Positions 49,683 through 62,870 of a stretch of 64,000 nucleotides of DNA are shown piece after piece. The notes below the pieces were generated by a model, which saw nothing but the letters and a program-made list of their open reading frames with translations, was not told the DNA's origin and ran no database searches. Each line of letters opens with the position of its first letter. Positions within the stretch are counted from its first letter, which is position 1. This DNA comes from Octopus sinensis. Its lineage: Eukaryota. The position numbers and the translations under genes are program-made. The stretch is taken from assembly GCF_006345805.1 (NCBI RefSeq), contig NC_043020.1, positions 13,640,001 through 13,704,000 of the forward strand, written 5' to 3'.

Positions 49683-50160
49683 TATATATGAATAAATAAA
49701 TATATGGAGTTGAACGAAGATGTTAATAAAATTCCTTTGCTTTCGACATGTTTCGAAGACAACATGGTTTCATTCCAAAGGAATAAATGGTGTAAGATGC
49801 AATCTTCTCAGAACTTATTAACGTTTTGTTTATCATGTAGGCAGTCATCATAATTATTATATTGTCTTGTTGTTGAGAGAGGCTCCCTTTCTTTCCTGAT
49901 GAGAAGATTGCATCTTATACCGTTTATTCCTTTGGAATAAAACCATGTTGTCTTCGAAACATATGACGAAAGTAGAGGAATTTTATTAACATCTTCGTTC
50001 TACTCCATTTATTTATTTATTCATATATAACACAAATTTCTGCACACGAACCCAGAGTTTCTACCTTTGGATAGGTCGCTTCAACCGTGTTTCTGACGTG
50101 AATTTGCTACCCTGGTATCGGTTCATCAAATTTTCCATGTTGACAGTAAACATAGGATAA
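49683..50160. mobile_element. PLE-type inverted terminal-repeat pair with HHR motifs
   Basis: Arms ~49683-49810 (-) and ~49900-50029 (+); HHR layout at 49891-49972; 50030-50160 is homologous to the reverse complement of 53830-53970. Confidence 0.7.
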
Positions 50161-50181
50161 TTCATTCACCCATCGATATAT

Positions 50182-50558
50182 GTTATGGAAGCACTCCGTC
50201 GGTTACGACAACGAGGGTTCCGGTTGATCCGAATCAACGGAACAGCCTGCTCGTGAAATTAACGTATAAGTGGCTGAGCACTCCACAGACACGTGTACCC
50301 TTAACGTAGTTCTTGGGGATATTCAGCGTGACACAGAGAGTGACAAGGCCAGCCCTTTGAAATACAGGTACAACAGAAACGGAAGTAGAGCGAGAGAGAA
50401 AGTTGTGGTGAAAGAGTACAGCAGGGATCACCACCATCCCCTGCCGGAGCCTCGTGGAGCTTTAGGTGTTTTCACTCACAACGGCCGGTCTGGGAATCGA
50501 AACCGCGATCCTATGACCGCGAGTCCACTGCCCTAACCACTGGGCCATTGCGCCTCCA
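50182..50558 (-). mobile_element. SINE family D with 11-bp TSD
   Basis: Head GGAGGCGCAATGGCCCAGTGG; B box GGTTTCGATTCC; CATCGATATAT at 50171-81 and 50559-69. Confidence 0.9.
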
Positions 50559-50579
50559 CATCGATATATATATATATAT

Positions 50580-50845
50580 ATGTCAAACAAGCCTGACAAC
50601 AGATATAGGAATCAGGATATCCTCTGGTTTAACCCAATTTTCGGTTTGCATGTTTCAACCAAGATCACTGGAAAATATTTTGATGCTTTGGACAAGTGTT
50701 TTCCGAAATCTAATCGGTATCATACTATTTTTAACCGACACACTGTGGCGGTATTCTATGCCAACTCTGCTAATTTGGAGTGGCTTATGCATCGCATAAA
50801 CAATAGCAAAATGTCGCAAAGGCTCAATAACCGACCTACTGGATA
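50580..50845 (+). mobile_element. Penelope-like ORF fragment (RT-endonuclease linker)
   Basis: ILWFNPIFGLHVSTKITGKYFDALDKCFP..HTIFNRHTVAVFY resembles the PLE IWFNPPFS..TNIGK.FL..HFP..KIFN.NT.K.SY motif. Confidence 0.7.
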
Positions 50846-50846
50846 T

Positions 50847-50849
<3 letters not shown>

Positions 50850-50882
<33 letters not shown>

Positions 50883-51600
50883 GTATATATGTTGTGTGTG
50901 TATATAGATATATATATATATGTATGTATATTATGTATATATATATATATGTATATGTGTATATTATGTATATGTATATGTATATGTGTATATTATGTAT
51001 AAATGTATATGTGTATATATATATGTATATGTGTATATTATGTATATATATATATGTGTATATTATGTATGTATATGTGTATAGTATATATATATATATA
51101 TATATATGTATATGTGTATATTATGTATATATGTATATGTGTATATTATGTATATATATATGTATATGTGTATATTATGTATATATATATATGTATATGT
51201 GTATATTATGTATATGTATGTATAAGTGTATATTATGTGTATATATATATGTATATATGTATATTATATATATGTATATTATGTGTATATATATATATAT
51301 GTATATTATGTATATATATATATATATGTATATGTGAATATTATGTATATATATATATATATATATGTATATGTGTATATTATATATATATGTATATGTG
51401 TATAATATATATATATGTATATGTGTATATTATGTATATATATGTATATGTGTATATTATGTATATGTATATGTGTATATATTATGTATATATATTATAT
51501 ATATGCATATATTATGTATATATGTACGTGTATATATATTGAATATATATATTATATATATATATATATAATAGATATATATACATATGTATTATACTAG
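50850..51600. repeat. Compound (TA/TG)n array with TATTATG periodic variant
   Basis: Direct reading. Confidence 0.9.
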
Positions 51601-51960
51601 CATGCATCTTGACATTGCCCAGGTGTTATGACCTCCAGCCATATTGTATCATTAGTTCCTTTCTTAAGGGCTGAATCAGTACAACTGATATTTAGTGAAC
51701 TGGATTATTGACGTAATGGAAGTTATTGTCTGTTTGAAAGTGAAGTGGGGGAGGATACAATTTGCATGGGTTTGCATGAAAGTGCTTTCTGTTCCTAAGA
51801 AGGATCACAAACTATGTATTGTTTCGTTGTATAATAGGAGGTTAATACGATTTTGCCCCCAGAAATTACACTCTGTTTTCGAAAGTTTAGTTTCCCCCCA
51901 TCTCCACTGCAATTTCTTAACTTGTAAATTCTTTACAAATTGGGTAAGAAACACTCTATA

Positions 51961-52895
<935 letters not shown>

Positions 52896-52918
52896 TAATG
52901 CTCCTTCCCCCACCTCAT

Positions 52919-53150
52919 CCACCCATCACCTACCCGCTTTCAAAAAGCTAAAAGCACCCAATGTTTCAAGCATGCGTAGAGTAGTACTGAAATAGCATAT
53001 GCAAAAAATAGCGCACCACCAGAAAACCTGACATGCTAGAAACAACAGGTAAATGACATTATTTCTGAAGACACTTTCCCACTTTCCAAAAAGCTAAAAG
53101 TGAAACATTGAGAGTTTGTAGCTTTTAGAAAGTGGTGAGGTGATGGGTGG
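52919..53150. repeat. Imperfect inverted repeat, ~50-bp arms (old MITE-like)
   Basis: 52919-52968 vs 53101-53150, roughly 80% matching by eye. Confidence 0.6.
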
Positions 53151-53220
53151 ATCTACCATGAGTACACTTTTCTTAGTAGGAGGAAAGAAACCAGAAGGTG
53201 ACACTTCCCATGCCTTGGGG

Positions 53221-53510
53221 ATAGCAGTTTGGGAAACTACCACCTGTATCATCTCTTGTGAAAGGTAGAAGAGTCCAGTTTGCTGGACATTGTTGTAGAG
53301 CTGAAAACGAGGTAGTTTCTACTCTTCTCCTCTGGAAGCCATCTGCTCATGATACCAGAAGTTGCACACTCTCCTACCCTGATGTAATCTCCAGGGATAC
53401 AGGCATCCAGCAACAGGACCTCCGTAATGCTATGATGGACCGCGAAGTCTGACGTAACATAGTAAATTCCATTGTCTTGACCACGGTTGAACAATGATGA
53501 TGATGATGGA
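53221..53510 (+). mobile_element. RTE-clade LINE 3' end with (GAT)n tail
   Basis: RRVQFAGHCCRAENEVVSTLLLW..TLSYPDVISRDTG..LRNAMMDREV. Confidence 0.75.
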
Positions 53511-53561
53511 TAGCAGAGTAACTACCACCTGTATCATCTCTTGTGAAAGGTAGGAGAGTCC

Positions 53562-53661
53562 NNNNNNNNNNNNNNNNNNNNNNNNNNNNNNNNNNNNNNN
53601 NNNNNNNNNNNNNNNNNNNNNNNNNNNNNNNNNNNNNNNNNNNNNNNNNNNNNNNNNNNNN
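53562..53661. other. Assembly gap (100 N)
   Basis: Run of N; left flank restarts an RTE copy and right flank begins mid-SINE B, so true distance and continuity are unknown. Confidence 0.99.
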
Positions 53662-53829
53662 CACAAGGCTTTGGTCGGCCCGAGCTATAGTAGAAGACAA
53701 AGACACTTGCCCAAGGTGCCACGCAGTGGGACTGAACTCGGAACCATGTGGTTGCTGAGCAAGCTACTTACCACACAGCCACTCCTGTGCCTATATACAC
53801 ACACACATATTATATATATATATAAGTAG

Positions 53830-54156
53830 ACAAATGAATTATTTATTACGGATAATTCGAAAGATAACCGATACTGGGTAGCAAACTCACAACAGAAAGG
53901 GCACGGTTGAAGTTACGAACCATAGGGCATAAAATCCGTGCCTTAGTGCGGAAATTTGAAGTTTTTATATAAGTATAGGAAAGAAGGAGCTGAACAGATT
54001 TAACAAAATTCTTTATTTTCTTTTCGACATATGTTTCAAAGTCTTCAAGTCCCTCATGCACTCGGAATTAGGGGATGCAGACTTCGAAACATATGTCGAA
54101 AATAAATAAAGGAATTTTGTTAAATCTTCGTTCAGCTCCATTCTTTCCTATACTTA
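53830..54156. mobile_element. PLE-type inverted pair, same family as 49683-50160
   Basis: Arms 53970-54044 and 54079-54156, each containing GAAACATATGTCGAAAA. Confidence 0.7.
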
Positions 54157-54769
54157 ATATATATATATATATTATATATATATATATATTTATATATAGT
54201 ATTAATAAAATAGGAGATGGAATGTGTATTAGACTTGAACAAACAAATCTACGGATAACAACAGGGAACCTAAACTTAACGCATTATCTATTTATACATT
54301 TTGTATAATTTTTCCATTATATATACATAGAGGGTTGGCTGAAAGTCACACAACATTAAATCAAATTTTATTTATTCATTCCAATTATGAATGTTTAATA
54401 ATTGAATGCTGGGGAGTTAAAAATCACCATTTTTTTTTTTTTTCAACATTTGTCTATTTATTAGCGAAGTCTCTATCAAATAATTTTTTTTTATTTTAAT
54501 CTTGGGATTAAATGGTTTTGATTTACTGTCAGGTGACTTTTGCCAACCCTGTATATGTGTGTGTGTGTATAGAGGGAGAGAGACATGCATGTGTATATAT
54601 ATGCGTGCATACAAATATATATCTATCTATCTATCTATATATATATACAAGTGCAAACAAGGGAGTCAGAGAAAGGCAGAATGCTACTTATATCTGAACA
54701 CTACTATAGAAATATTCCTTTAAAAAAACTTTTCTTCTAATTTTTACAAATTTAATTATTTAATCGTTA

Positions 54770-54806
54770 CAGTTGAAAAGGTCTCAAAATGACCGAAACG
54801 GTACTG
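54770..54806 (+). ncRNA. Degenerate hammerhead motif
   Basis: CAG-TTGAAAA-GGTC-tcaaaat-GACC-GAAAC-GGTA-CTG; core departs from CUGANGA. Confidence 0.45.
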
Positions 54807-54900
54807 AAATGTTCACTATAAAATTATCTTAGCATTTTCTATTTTGACTTGTTTTTTCATATATATCAACTGTGTGTTCCTTTTCACCCTTATACATACA

Positions 54901-54942
<42 letters not shown>

Positions 54943-55016
54943 GTAGACAGGGAGGTAGTACGTACACATACAAATATACATATATGCACACAACACATAT
55001 AAATATATTTAATATT

Positions 55017-55062
<46 letters not shown>

Positions 55063-55399
55063 GCACACGTAAAATATTTGAATATATACATATGTAAGTA
55101 TATACACACATACATAGATGCATGCTTACGTACACATACAAATATTTATATATACAGCAACACACAAATACAAATGTATCATGTGTCTATACTTTTACAT
55201 ATATACATACATACATATATATGATGATGATGATATATATATACATACATATATATATATATATATATATCAGAGCAAAACTGAAATGTTAGAAGAACCC
55301 CTTCAAAAGCTCTTCACTTCACACATATACACACACATTGTATGTTATCTGTAATCTAAAACAGTAATATTGGATGGGGGGTTCAAATAAGAGCTGATG

Positions 55400-55486
55400 T
55401 TCATTATAGTAGTAGCTCTTGTAGTAGTAGTAGTGGTGGTGGTGGTGGTAGTAGTAGCTCTTGTAGTAGTAGTAGTAGCAGCTCTT

Positions 55487-55520
<34 letters not shown>

Positions 55521-55525
55521 CTCTT

Positions 55526-55563
<38 letters not shown>

Positions 55564-55615
55564 GGTGGTGGTGGTAGTAGCTCTTGTAGTAGTAGTAGTA
55601 GAGGAGGAGGAGGGG
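55400..55615. repeat. (GTA)n array punctuated by GCTCTT
   Basis: Direct reading. Confidence 0.9.
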
Positions 55616-55893
55616 TAGCACTGGGAGTGCTGGGAAATCTACGCCCTCTTCCCCACCCCCGACCCCTCTTTACCTGAAAGTACCTTTAGCCATGCTGTAT
55701 TTACATGATAGTGTGCTAGTATTTTGCTACTTCGTCGGTCGTCGGGTAGCTACTGTTTTGGGGTGTTCTTCAAATGTTACAAGACTGGTTCATCCACTCA
55801 ACTGACTGGAGTCTGCTGGCTTCTTCTCTTTTCTAAAGAAACATTACTCTCTCTCTCCCTCCCTCTCTCTCTCTCTCTCTCTCCCTCCCTCTC

Positions 55894-55935
<42 letters not shown>

Positions 55936-56039
55936 ACAATTTATCATCTTCAAACATGTGTGTACACTTACAGGTATACAATTATGAATCCTGGTATAAG
56001 AAATGTTTACAAATTTCTGCACATTGCATATAAGCACAC

Positions 56040-56644
56040 TTTGTGTATGTTTGTATATGTGTGTATATGTTTGTATATGTGTGTGTGTATGTATATGTAT
56101 GTCTGTTTATGTGTGTATGTTTATATGTGTGTGTGTATGTATATGTATGTCTGTTTATGTCTGTATGTTTGTATATGTGTGTGTGTATGTATATGTATGT
56201 CTATTTATGTGTGTATGTTTGTATATGTGTGTGTGTATGTATATGTATGTCTGTTTATGTGTATGTTTATATATGTGTGTGTATGTATATGTATGTCTGT
56301 TTATGTGTGTATGTTTGTATATGTGTGTGTGTATGTATATGTATGTCTGTTTATGTGTGTATGTTTGTATATGTGTGTGTGTATGTATATGTATGTCTGT
56401 TTATGTGTGTATGTTTGTATATGTGTGTGTATGTATATGTATGTCTGTTTATGTGTGTATGTTTATATGTGTGTGTGTATGTATATGTATGTCTGTTTAT
56501 GTGTGTATGTTTATATATGTGTGTGTATGTATATGTATGTCTGTTTATGTGTGTATGTATGTGTTTGTAGTATGTTTGTATGTATGCATATATGTTTGTA
56601 TATGTGTGTATGTATATGTGTGTTTATGTGTGTATACATGTATG

Positions 56645-56681
<37 letters not shown>

Positions 56682-56900
56682 CATGTAAGCACACTTTGTG
56701 TATGTTTATATATGTGTGTGTATGTGTGTGTGTATGTATGTGTTTGTAGTATGTTTATATGTATGTATATATGTTTGTATATGTGTGTATGTATATGTCT
56801 GTGTATGTATATATGTGTGTATACATGTATGTGCATGTATATATATGTTTGTATATTTATGTATGTATGTCTATATATGTTTATGTGTATATATATATAT
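56040..56900. repeat. TG/TA-derived minisatellite, ~46-50-bp period
   Basis: GTCTGTTTA recurs, e.g. at 56101 and 56149. Confidence 0.85.
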
Positions 56901-57296
56901 TTCTCTCTTTTACTCTTTTACTTGTTTCAGTCATTTGACTGTGGCCATGCTGGAGCACCGCCTTATATATATATATATATATATATAAACAATTGGCAGC
57001 ACTCAACCTAACTCTGGGAATCTTCAGATGATATCCAGTTAAAGACTGTCAGCAAGAATTTCATTTGGAACACACACACACACTCACACACACACAAACA
57101 CACATACACTACACACACACATACACACACACACACACACAGGGATGTATCTGAAGGACATGAAGTTTAATGTTAACCATATTCTTCGCTTATTGGATGA
57201 GCATTGGGTGGGGCTGTTGTAATTATCAAAACAGGATTGAGTTCTTAAAATAGGCTCAGTCGAAGGATCCATCTGTGCAGTGTAAACTTTTGCTAA

Positions 57297-57344
57297 TCAA
57301 CCATCACAATCATCATCATCATCATTATCATCATCATCATCATC

Positions 57345-57402
<58 letters not shown>

Positions 57403-57409
57403 TTACCCT

Positions 57410-57444
<35 letters not shown>

Positions 57445-57735
57445 TTACCATCATCATCATTATCATCATCATCATCATTACCATCATCATCATCATTGTC
57501 GTCGTCGTCGTCATCATCATCATCACCATCATTATCATCATCATCATCATCATTGTCGTCGTCATCATCATCATGACAATCATCATCATTATTATTACCA
57601 TATTCATCATCGTCATCATTCTCATCACCCTCACTACCATCATCAAAATTATCACCATCACCACCATCACCATTGTAATCATTGTCACTATCAACATCAT
57701 CAACATCACCACCACCATCATTATCATCATCCATT
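57297..57735. repeat. Degenerate (CAT)n array
   Basis: Direct reading. Confidence 0.9.
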
Positions 57736-58349
57736 CTATTAGCAATACTCCTCTGTTGGTTCCCTTCATTGCCTTACCTTGCAATTATTATTTCCCTCTT
57801 TTTAACGAGATACTGTCTCTATCATCAAATAATTATCTAAACATGTTCCTTGTAATTCCATCTGGTTGGATTCCTTCAGCTTTTGCAATACATCCACCAT
57901 TCTCACTTCCACCTTATGGTACTTCTTTAAGCCTGCTATGTTTATTTTTTCACCCATCCCAGGTCCCACCCTAGCCCCTATTTCCAGTTCTCTCACCTTA
58001 CACACACCAGAACCTCCATTATGTGTCATTCCCTCCCCAGTATCCATATTTTTCCTCTAGAGGTATGTTAAATCACATTGCACTCTTCCAAGTTTCGGGG
58101 GACCTTTGAAAGCAATGGGCATGGCCCTGTCTTCTAGACCAATCCCTTATAAGTCTTACTAATAAGATCTGAAAATATTTCCTGCTATCCTCTTACCTAA
58201 AATCCCATTCAGCCTCTTCACAATATCATGTCCTCTGGACATGTGTAGCCTCTCGATATATTTCAATTACCCATGTGTTCTTTGGCTACTTGTAGATAGA
58301 TAGATAGAGAAAGAAAGAGAAGAAAAGGGTGGTTATAAAATAATAATAA

Positions 58350-59240
58350 TACAGAGAGGCTCTGTGTAAGGTTAGGATTGGCAATGAGTATAGTGAAGAA
58401 TTCCAGGTAGAAGTAGGGTTCCACCAAGGTTCAGCCCTCAGTCCCCTTTTATTCATCATAGTCCTCCAGGCAATAACAGAGGAATTCAAGACAGGTTGCC
58501 CCTGGGAGCTCCTCTATGCTGATGACCTGGACCTCATAGCAGAATCACTACCGGAACTAGAAAAGAAATTCCAGGTGTGGAAACAAGGTTTAGAATCAAA
58601 AGGCCTTAGAGTCAATGCAGCAAAGACCAAAATTCTAGTAAGTAGGAAGGCAAACTCATCACACACACCCGTAGAAAAGGTGTAGGTAGAAACTCCATAA
58701 GATGTACCCAGTGTAAGCTATAGACACATAAGAGGTGCAGCAACATCAAAGGAAGATTAACCGAGAAGATAGCTTTCATGTGCGGCAGATGCACAGGGGC
58801 AATAAACACCACAGATACACAGAAAATAGATTCCATCACACTCCAGGGGGAGAAACTAGAAGTAGTTGATAGCTTCCGCACGTAAAAAGCACCATCCAAA
58901 TGTGGCCAATGCCAGCGCCACCTTGATTGGCTTCCATGCAGGTGGCACGCAAAAAGCACCAACCGATCGTGGCTGCTGCCAGCTATGGCTTCCATGCTGG
59001 TAGCATGTAAAAAGCATCAATCCAATCATGGCCGTTGCCGGCTATGGCCCCTGTACCGGTGGCACATAAAAAGCACCCACTACACTCATAGAGTGGTTGG
59101 CGTTAGGAAGGGCATCCAGCTGTAGAAACACTGCCAGACAAGACTGGAGCCTGGTGCAGCCCCTTGGCTTCCCAGACCCCAGTGAAACCATCCAACTCAT
59201 GCTAGCATGGAAAACGGACATTAAAGAATGATGATGATGA
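58350..59240 (+). mobile_element. RTE LINE with RT core (YADD), Cys/His-rich insert, internal deletion and family C 3' UTR
   Basis: VGFHQGSALSPLLF..WELLYADD..GLRVNAAKTK..NSIRCTQC..HKRCS..CGRC..LEVVDSF, then a jump at ~58878 to the UTR. Confidence 0.9.
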
Positions 59241-59876
59241 ATATGAATGGTAGGAAATGGAATTCACAAGACCCTTTATTCAGAACCACTACGATGGTTT
59301 CATCCCATCATGCACTGGTACTTACACATTTTTTTATATAAACTCTACCAACAAAGGAATTGCTGAAGTAAAGCCAGCATACACTTTCATAGTGTTGCTG
59401 ACATCAGATAGCCAAATACTGTGGACAGGCTTTAAACAACATACTATAAGCTCTATACTCGAATATATAAAATTGTTACTATAAATTATTACTATGTATA
59501 TATATATATATATATATTTCTATACAGTTTCAGTGAAATGTTGTATTCTAGCAACAACAATGAAACCATATCTTTTACTCTAATTGCTAAAATTACATAA
59601 ATGATTTATTAATTAGTAGGTAATTAACACAACATTGTGGAAAGTAATTTTCTATCAAAACTTACATTTGCACTTGTAATTAGCTGAAAACTTAAATTCT
59701 GATAGATAATTACCTATTAATGAAGAAGTTTAATTTAGCAGTGACTGACAAAAATTCAAGAAGTATCAAACTTTGTGAAGTCTCCAGGCTAAAAAGAAGA
59801 GATAATTACAGGAATTAACTGAGAAAATTCCAGGTAATTCTCTTTTAGCGGAATTTAAACTGGTGCTTGTATTGGC

Positions 59877-60466
59877 CAATATTGGTTTCAAATTTTGGCA
59901 CAAGGCCAGCAAGTTTAGGGGAGGGGGTGAGTCAGTTACCTCAACTCTAGTGCTCAACTGGTACTTATTTTCACATCCGTGCCGGTGGCACGTAAAAAGC
60001 ACCCACTACACTCTCGGAGTGATTGGTGTTAAGAAGGGCATCCAGCTGTAGAAACTCTGCCAGATCAAGATTGGAGCCTAGTACAGCCATCTGGCTCACC
60101 AGCCCTCAGTCAAAATCGTCCAACCCTTGCTAGCATGGAAAGCGGACGTTAAACGATGATGATGACCTGGGCAATATTGGTTTCAAATTTCGGCACAAGG
60201 CCAGCAAGTTTAGGGGAGGGGGTGAGTCAGTTACCTCAACTCTAGTGCTCAACTGGTACTTATTTTCACGTCCGTGCCGGTGGCACGTAAAAAGCACCCA
60301 CTACACTCTCGGAGTGATTGGCGTTAAGAAGGGCATCCAGCTGTAGAAACTCTGCCAGATCAAGATTGGAGCCTAGTACAGCCATCTGGCTCGCCAGCCC
60401 TCAGTCAAAATCGTCCAACCCATGCTAGCATGGAAAGCGGACGTTAAACGATGATGATGACCTGGG
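59877..60466. repeat. 295-bp near-perfect tandem duplication (old SINE A tail + family C insert)
   Basis: Units start at 59877 and 60172; the SINE A head follows at ~60461-60555 (-). Confidence 0.9.
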
Positions 60467-60595
60467 CAGAATTTGAACTCAAAACGTAAAGATGGATAAA
60501 ATGCCACTAAGCATTTTGCCTGGCACAGTAACAATTCTGCCACCTCACCGCCTTATGTTACATAAATATTGATTCCTTTCTAAAATAGGGATACT

Positions 60596-60928
60596 GAGAC
60601 CCCCTTTGGTCATGACTGACCATGGTATTGCACCTAGAAAGTTACCCTCCCAGGCACAAGTCCTGGCAAGGTTGTTTATGGAAGACCAGTGGTCGCCCAT
60701 GCATACCGGCCTCCCCTCTCCACACCATAGTGTTATCCAAGAGAAAGGCAACAGCTGATACAGCTTGGCACCTGTGACATCGCAACTCATTTCTACAGCT
60801 GAGTGAACTGGAGCAACGTGAAATAAAGTGTCTTGCTCAAGAACACAACACGCAGCCCAGTCTGGGATTCGAGCTCACAACCTCACGATCGTAAGCTTGA
60901 CACTCTAACCACTGAGCCATGCACCTTC
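60596..60928 (-). mobile_element. SINE family E
   Basis: Reverse complement of 13971-14309. Confidence 0.9.
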
Positions 60929-61328
60929 ACTAGGGTTAATGCCTGAAATTTTGGGGGTTGTGGATAATCAATTACATCGACCCCAGGGCTCAGCTGGTAT
61001 TTATTTTATTGAATCCAAAAGGATTAAAGACAAAGTCAGCCTGGGTAGAATTTGAACTCAGAGCATGAGGACAGATGAAATGCTGCTAAGCATTTTGCCT
61101 GACATGCTAATGGTTCTGCCAACTCACCGGCCAAATATTGCTTCCAATAATGTCTTGACAGTTAATTCTAATCCAAGAATGGTTAGATAATATTTCGTTT
61201 GCAAGATTCTTTATATGAGTTTGTGTGTTGAAGCATATTCTGTTGTGTCTATATACACAATGGGCTTCTTTCAGTTTCAGTCAACCAAATCCACCCACAA
61301 GGCTTTGGTTCACCTGATGCTATAGTAG

Positions 61329-61638
61329 TATATATCACGTGATCACGTGACCGACCAGACCATCAGATGTTGTTACACATCGCTGGTCACAATGCATTCG
61401 CATTGTTTTAGCCTTTGAATGACGCCACCCCGCTGGCTAAGTGAGCAGGCCAACAGAAGAAAGAGTGGGAGAAAGAGTGGTGAAAGAGTACAGCAGGGAT
61501 CACCACCCCCTGCTGGAGCGTCGTGGAGCTTTTAGGTGTTTTCGCTCAATAAACACTCACAACGCCCAGTCTGGGAATCGAAACCGCGATCCTAAGACCA
61601 CAAGTCCGCTGCCCTAACCACTAGGCCATTGCGCCTCC
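61329..61638 (-). mobile_element. SINE D head and body with an alternative 3' tail
   Basis: Matches D to ..CTGTACTCTTTCACCAC, then diverges to ..GGTCGGTCACGTGATCACGTGAT. Confidence 0.8.
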
Positions 61639-61644
61639 ACAGTA

Positions 61645-61681
<37 letters not shown>

Positions 61682-61683
<2 letters not shown>

Positions 61684-61848
61684 TCTTTACTCTTTTACTT
61701 ATTTCAGTCATTTGACTGTGGCCATGCTGGAGCACCGCCTTTAGTAGAGCAAATTGACCCCAGGACTTATTCTTTGTAAGCCTAGTACTTATTCTATCGG
61801 TCTCTTTTGCCGAACCACTAAGTTACAGGGACGTAAACACACCAGCAT
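61682..61848 (-). mobile_element. SINE B right half
   Basis: Tail and 3' module only. Confidence 0.85.
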
Positions 61849-62266
61849 TTTCTTTTTGTCCCTTATAATTTAACACACTCACCGGTAATCCAAGAGTTGA
61901 CAGTAAAAACGTTTTTTAAATGGTATGGAATTCCTTGATTTGAAAAGATTTTGAAAAGGATCGATGGAGATGAAGAACAGCTGTTACTTGTGCTTCATTA
62001 TTCAACCATTGCCAATCCTAAAGAGAAGGCATGGAAATGTGATGGTGGTAGCGACAGTGGTGGAAGCTGCTGCTACAGTTGCCGCTGCTGCATGATCTGT
62101 ATTATCAATATAGAGAAGAATGGTTAAACTTGTTTTAGCTCTTAGTAAGATAAACAAATCATTGCAGTTCATATGGAAAGCTTTTAACTCCTTTATTCAT
62201 AATGACATTAAATGTGCTAATATATTCATATAGAGTGTCTTGTCTAAGGTTTGATACTATCGCATT

Positions 62267-62304
<38 letters not shown>

Positions 62305-62307
<3 letters not shown>

Positions 62308-62450
62308 CTTGCTTACGAACCACATGGTTCCGGGTTCAGTCCCACTGCGTGGCACCTTGGGCAAGTGTCTTCTACTATAGCATCGAGCTGATCAAAGCCT
62401 TGTGAGTGGATTTGGTAGACAGAAACTGAAAGAAGCCTGTCGTATATATG
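62305..62450 (+). mobile_element. SINE B left half
   Basis: CORE-like segment between (TA)n runs. Confidence 0.8.
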
Positions 62451-62529
62451 TATATATATATATAAGAATTTTTTGCATAATAAGATAAAAAAAACAAGGC
62501 TGTGTACATATTAGAGCATTTATAGATAG

Positions 62530-62581
62530 GTCTTACAGCTGTTTCTAAGATATTAATAAATAATATCCCTGCATCGGAGAC
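62530..62581 (-). ncRNA. Degenerate hammerhead motif in a PLE-like remnant
   Basis: GTCT-CCGATGC-AGGGATAT..ATATCTTA-GAAACAGCTGTA-AGAC; same stem III as 4947-5070. Confidence 0.55.
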
Positions 62582-62870
62582 GGTGTGAGAAGATGGTTAA
62601 GTCATAGTTAGTTTAGATGTGATACAAAATAGAGAGTGAGGTGGAGGAAAGAAAATAGATGCAAGATATGTATGGTTATTGAGTTCATAAATCCGTTTTT
62701 TTTGGCATAAGGGTATATATGCAATATTCCAATATCCTATGAGTAAAGTCCAAGAGTCCAACAGAGTTTAAAATGAGCCCTTTAAAATATAAAGTTTATA
62801 AGCAATGTAAAATTCCCTTATGAGTGAGATCCAACAGATTTATAAACTTGGTCATTCTCAGATATATATA

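Noticed and set aside
53510-53561. Tandem second copy of the RTE 3' end
   Set aside because: Runs into the 100-N gap; may be a contig-end overlap, so not treated as biology
57802-58270. 81-aa minus ORF and adjacent frames
   Set aside because: Multiple stops and no motif I can name; probably an old element remnant
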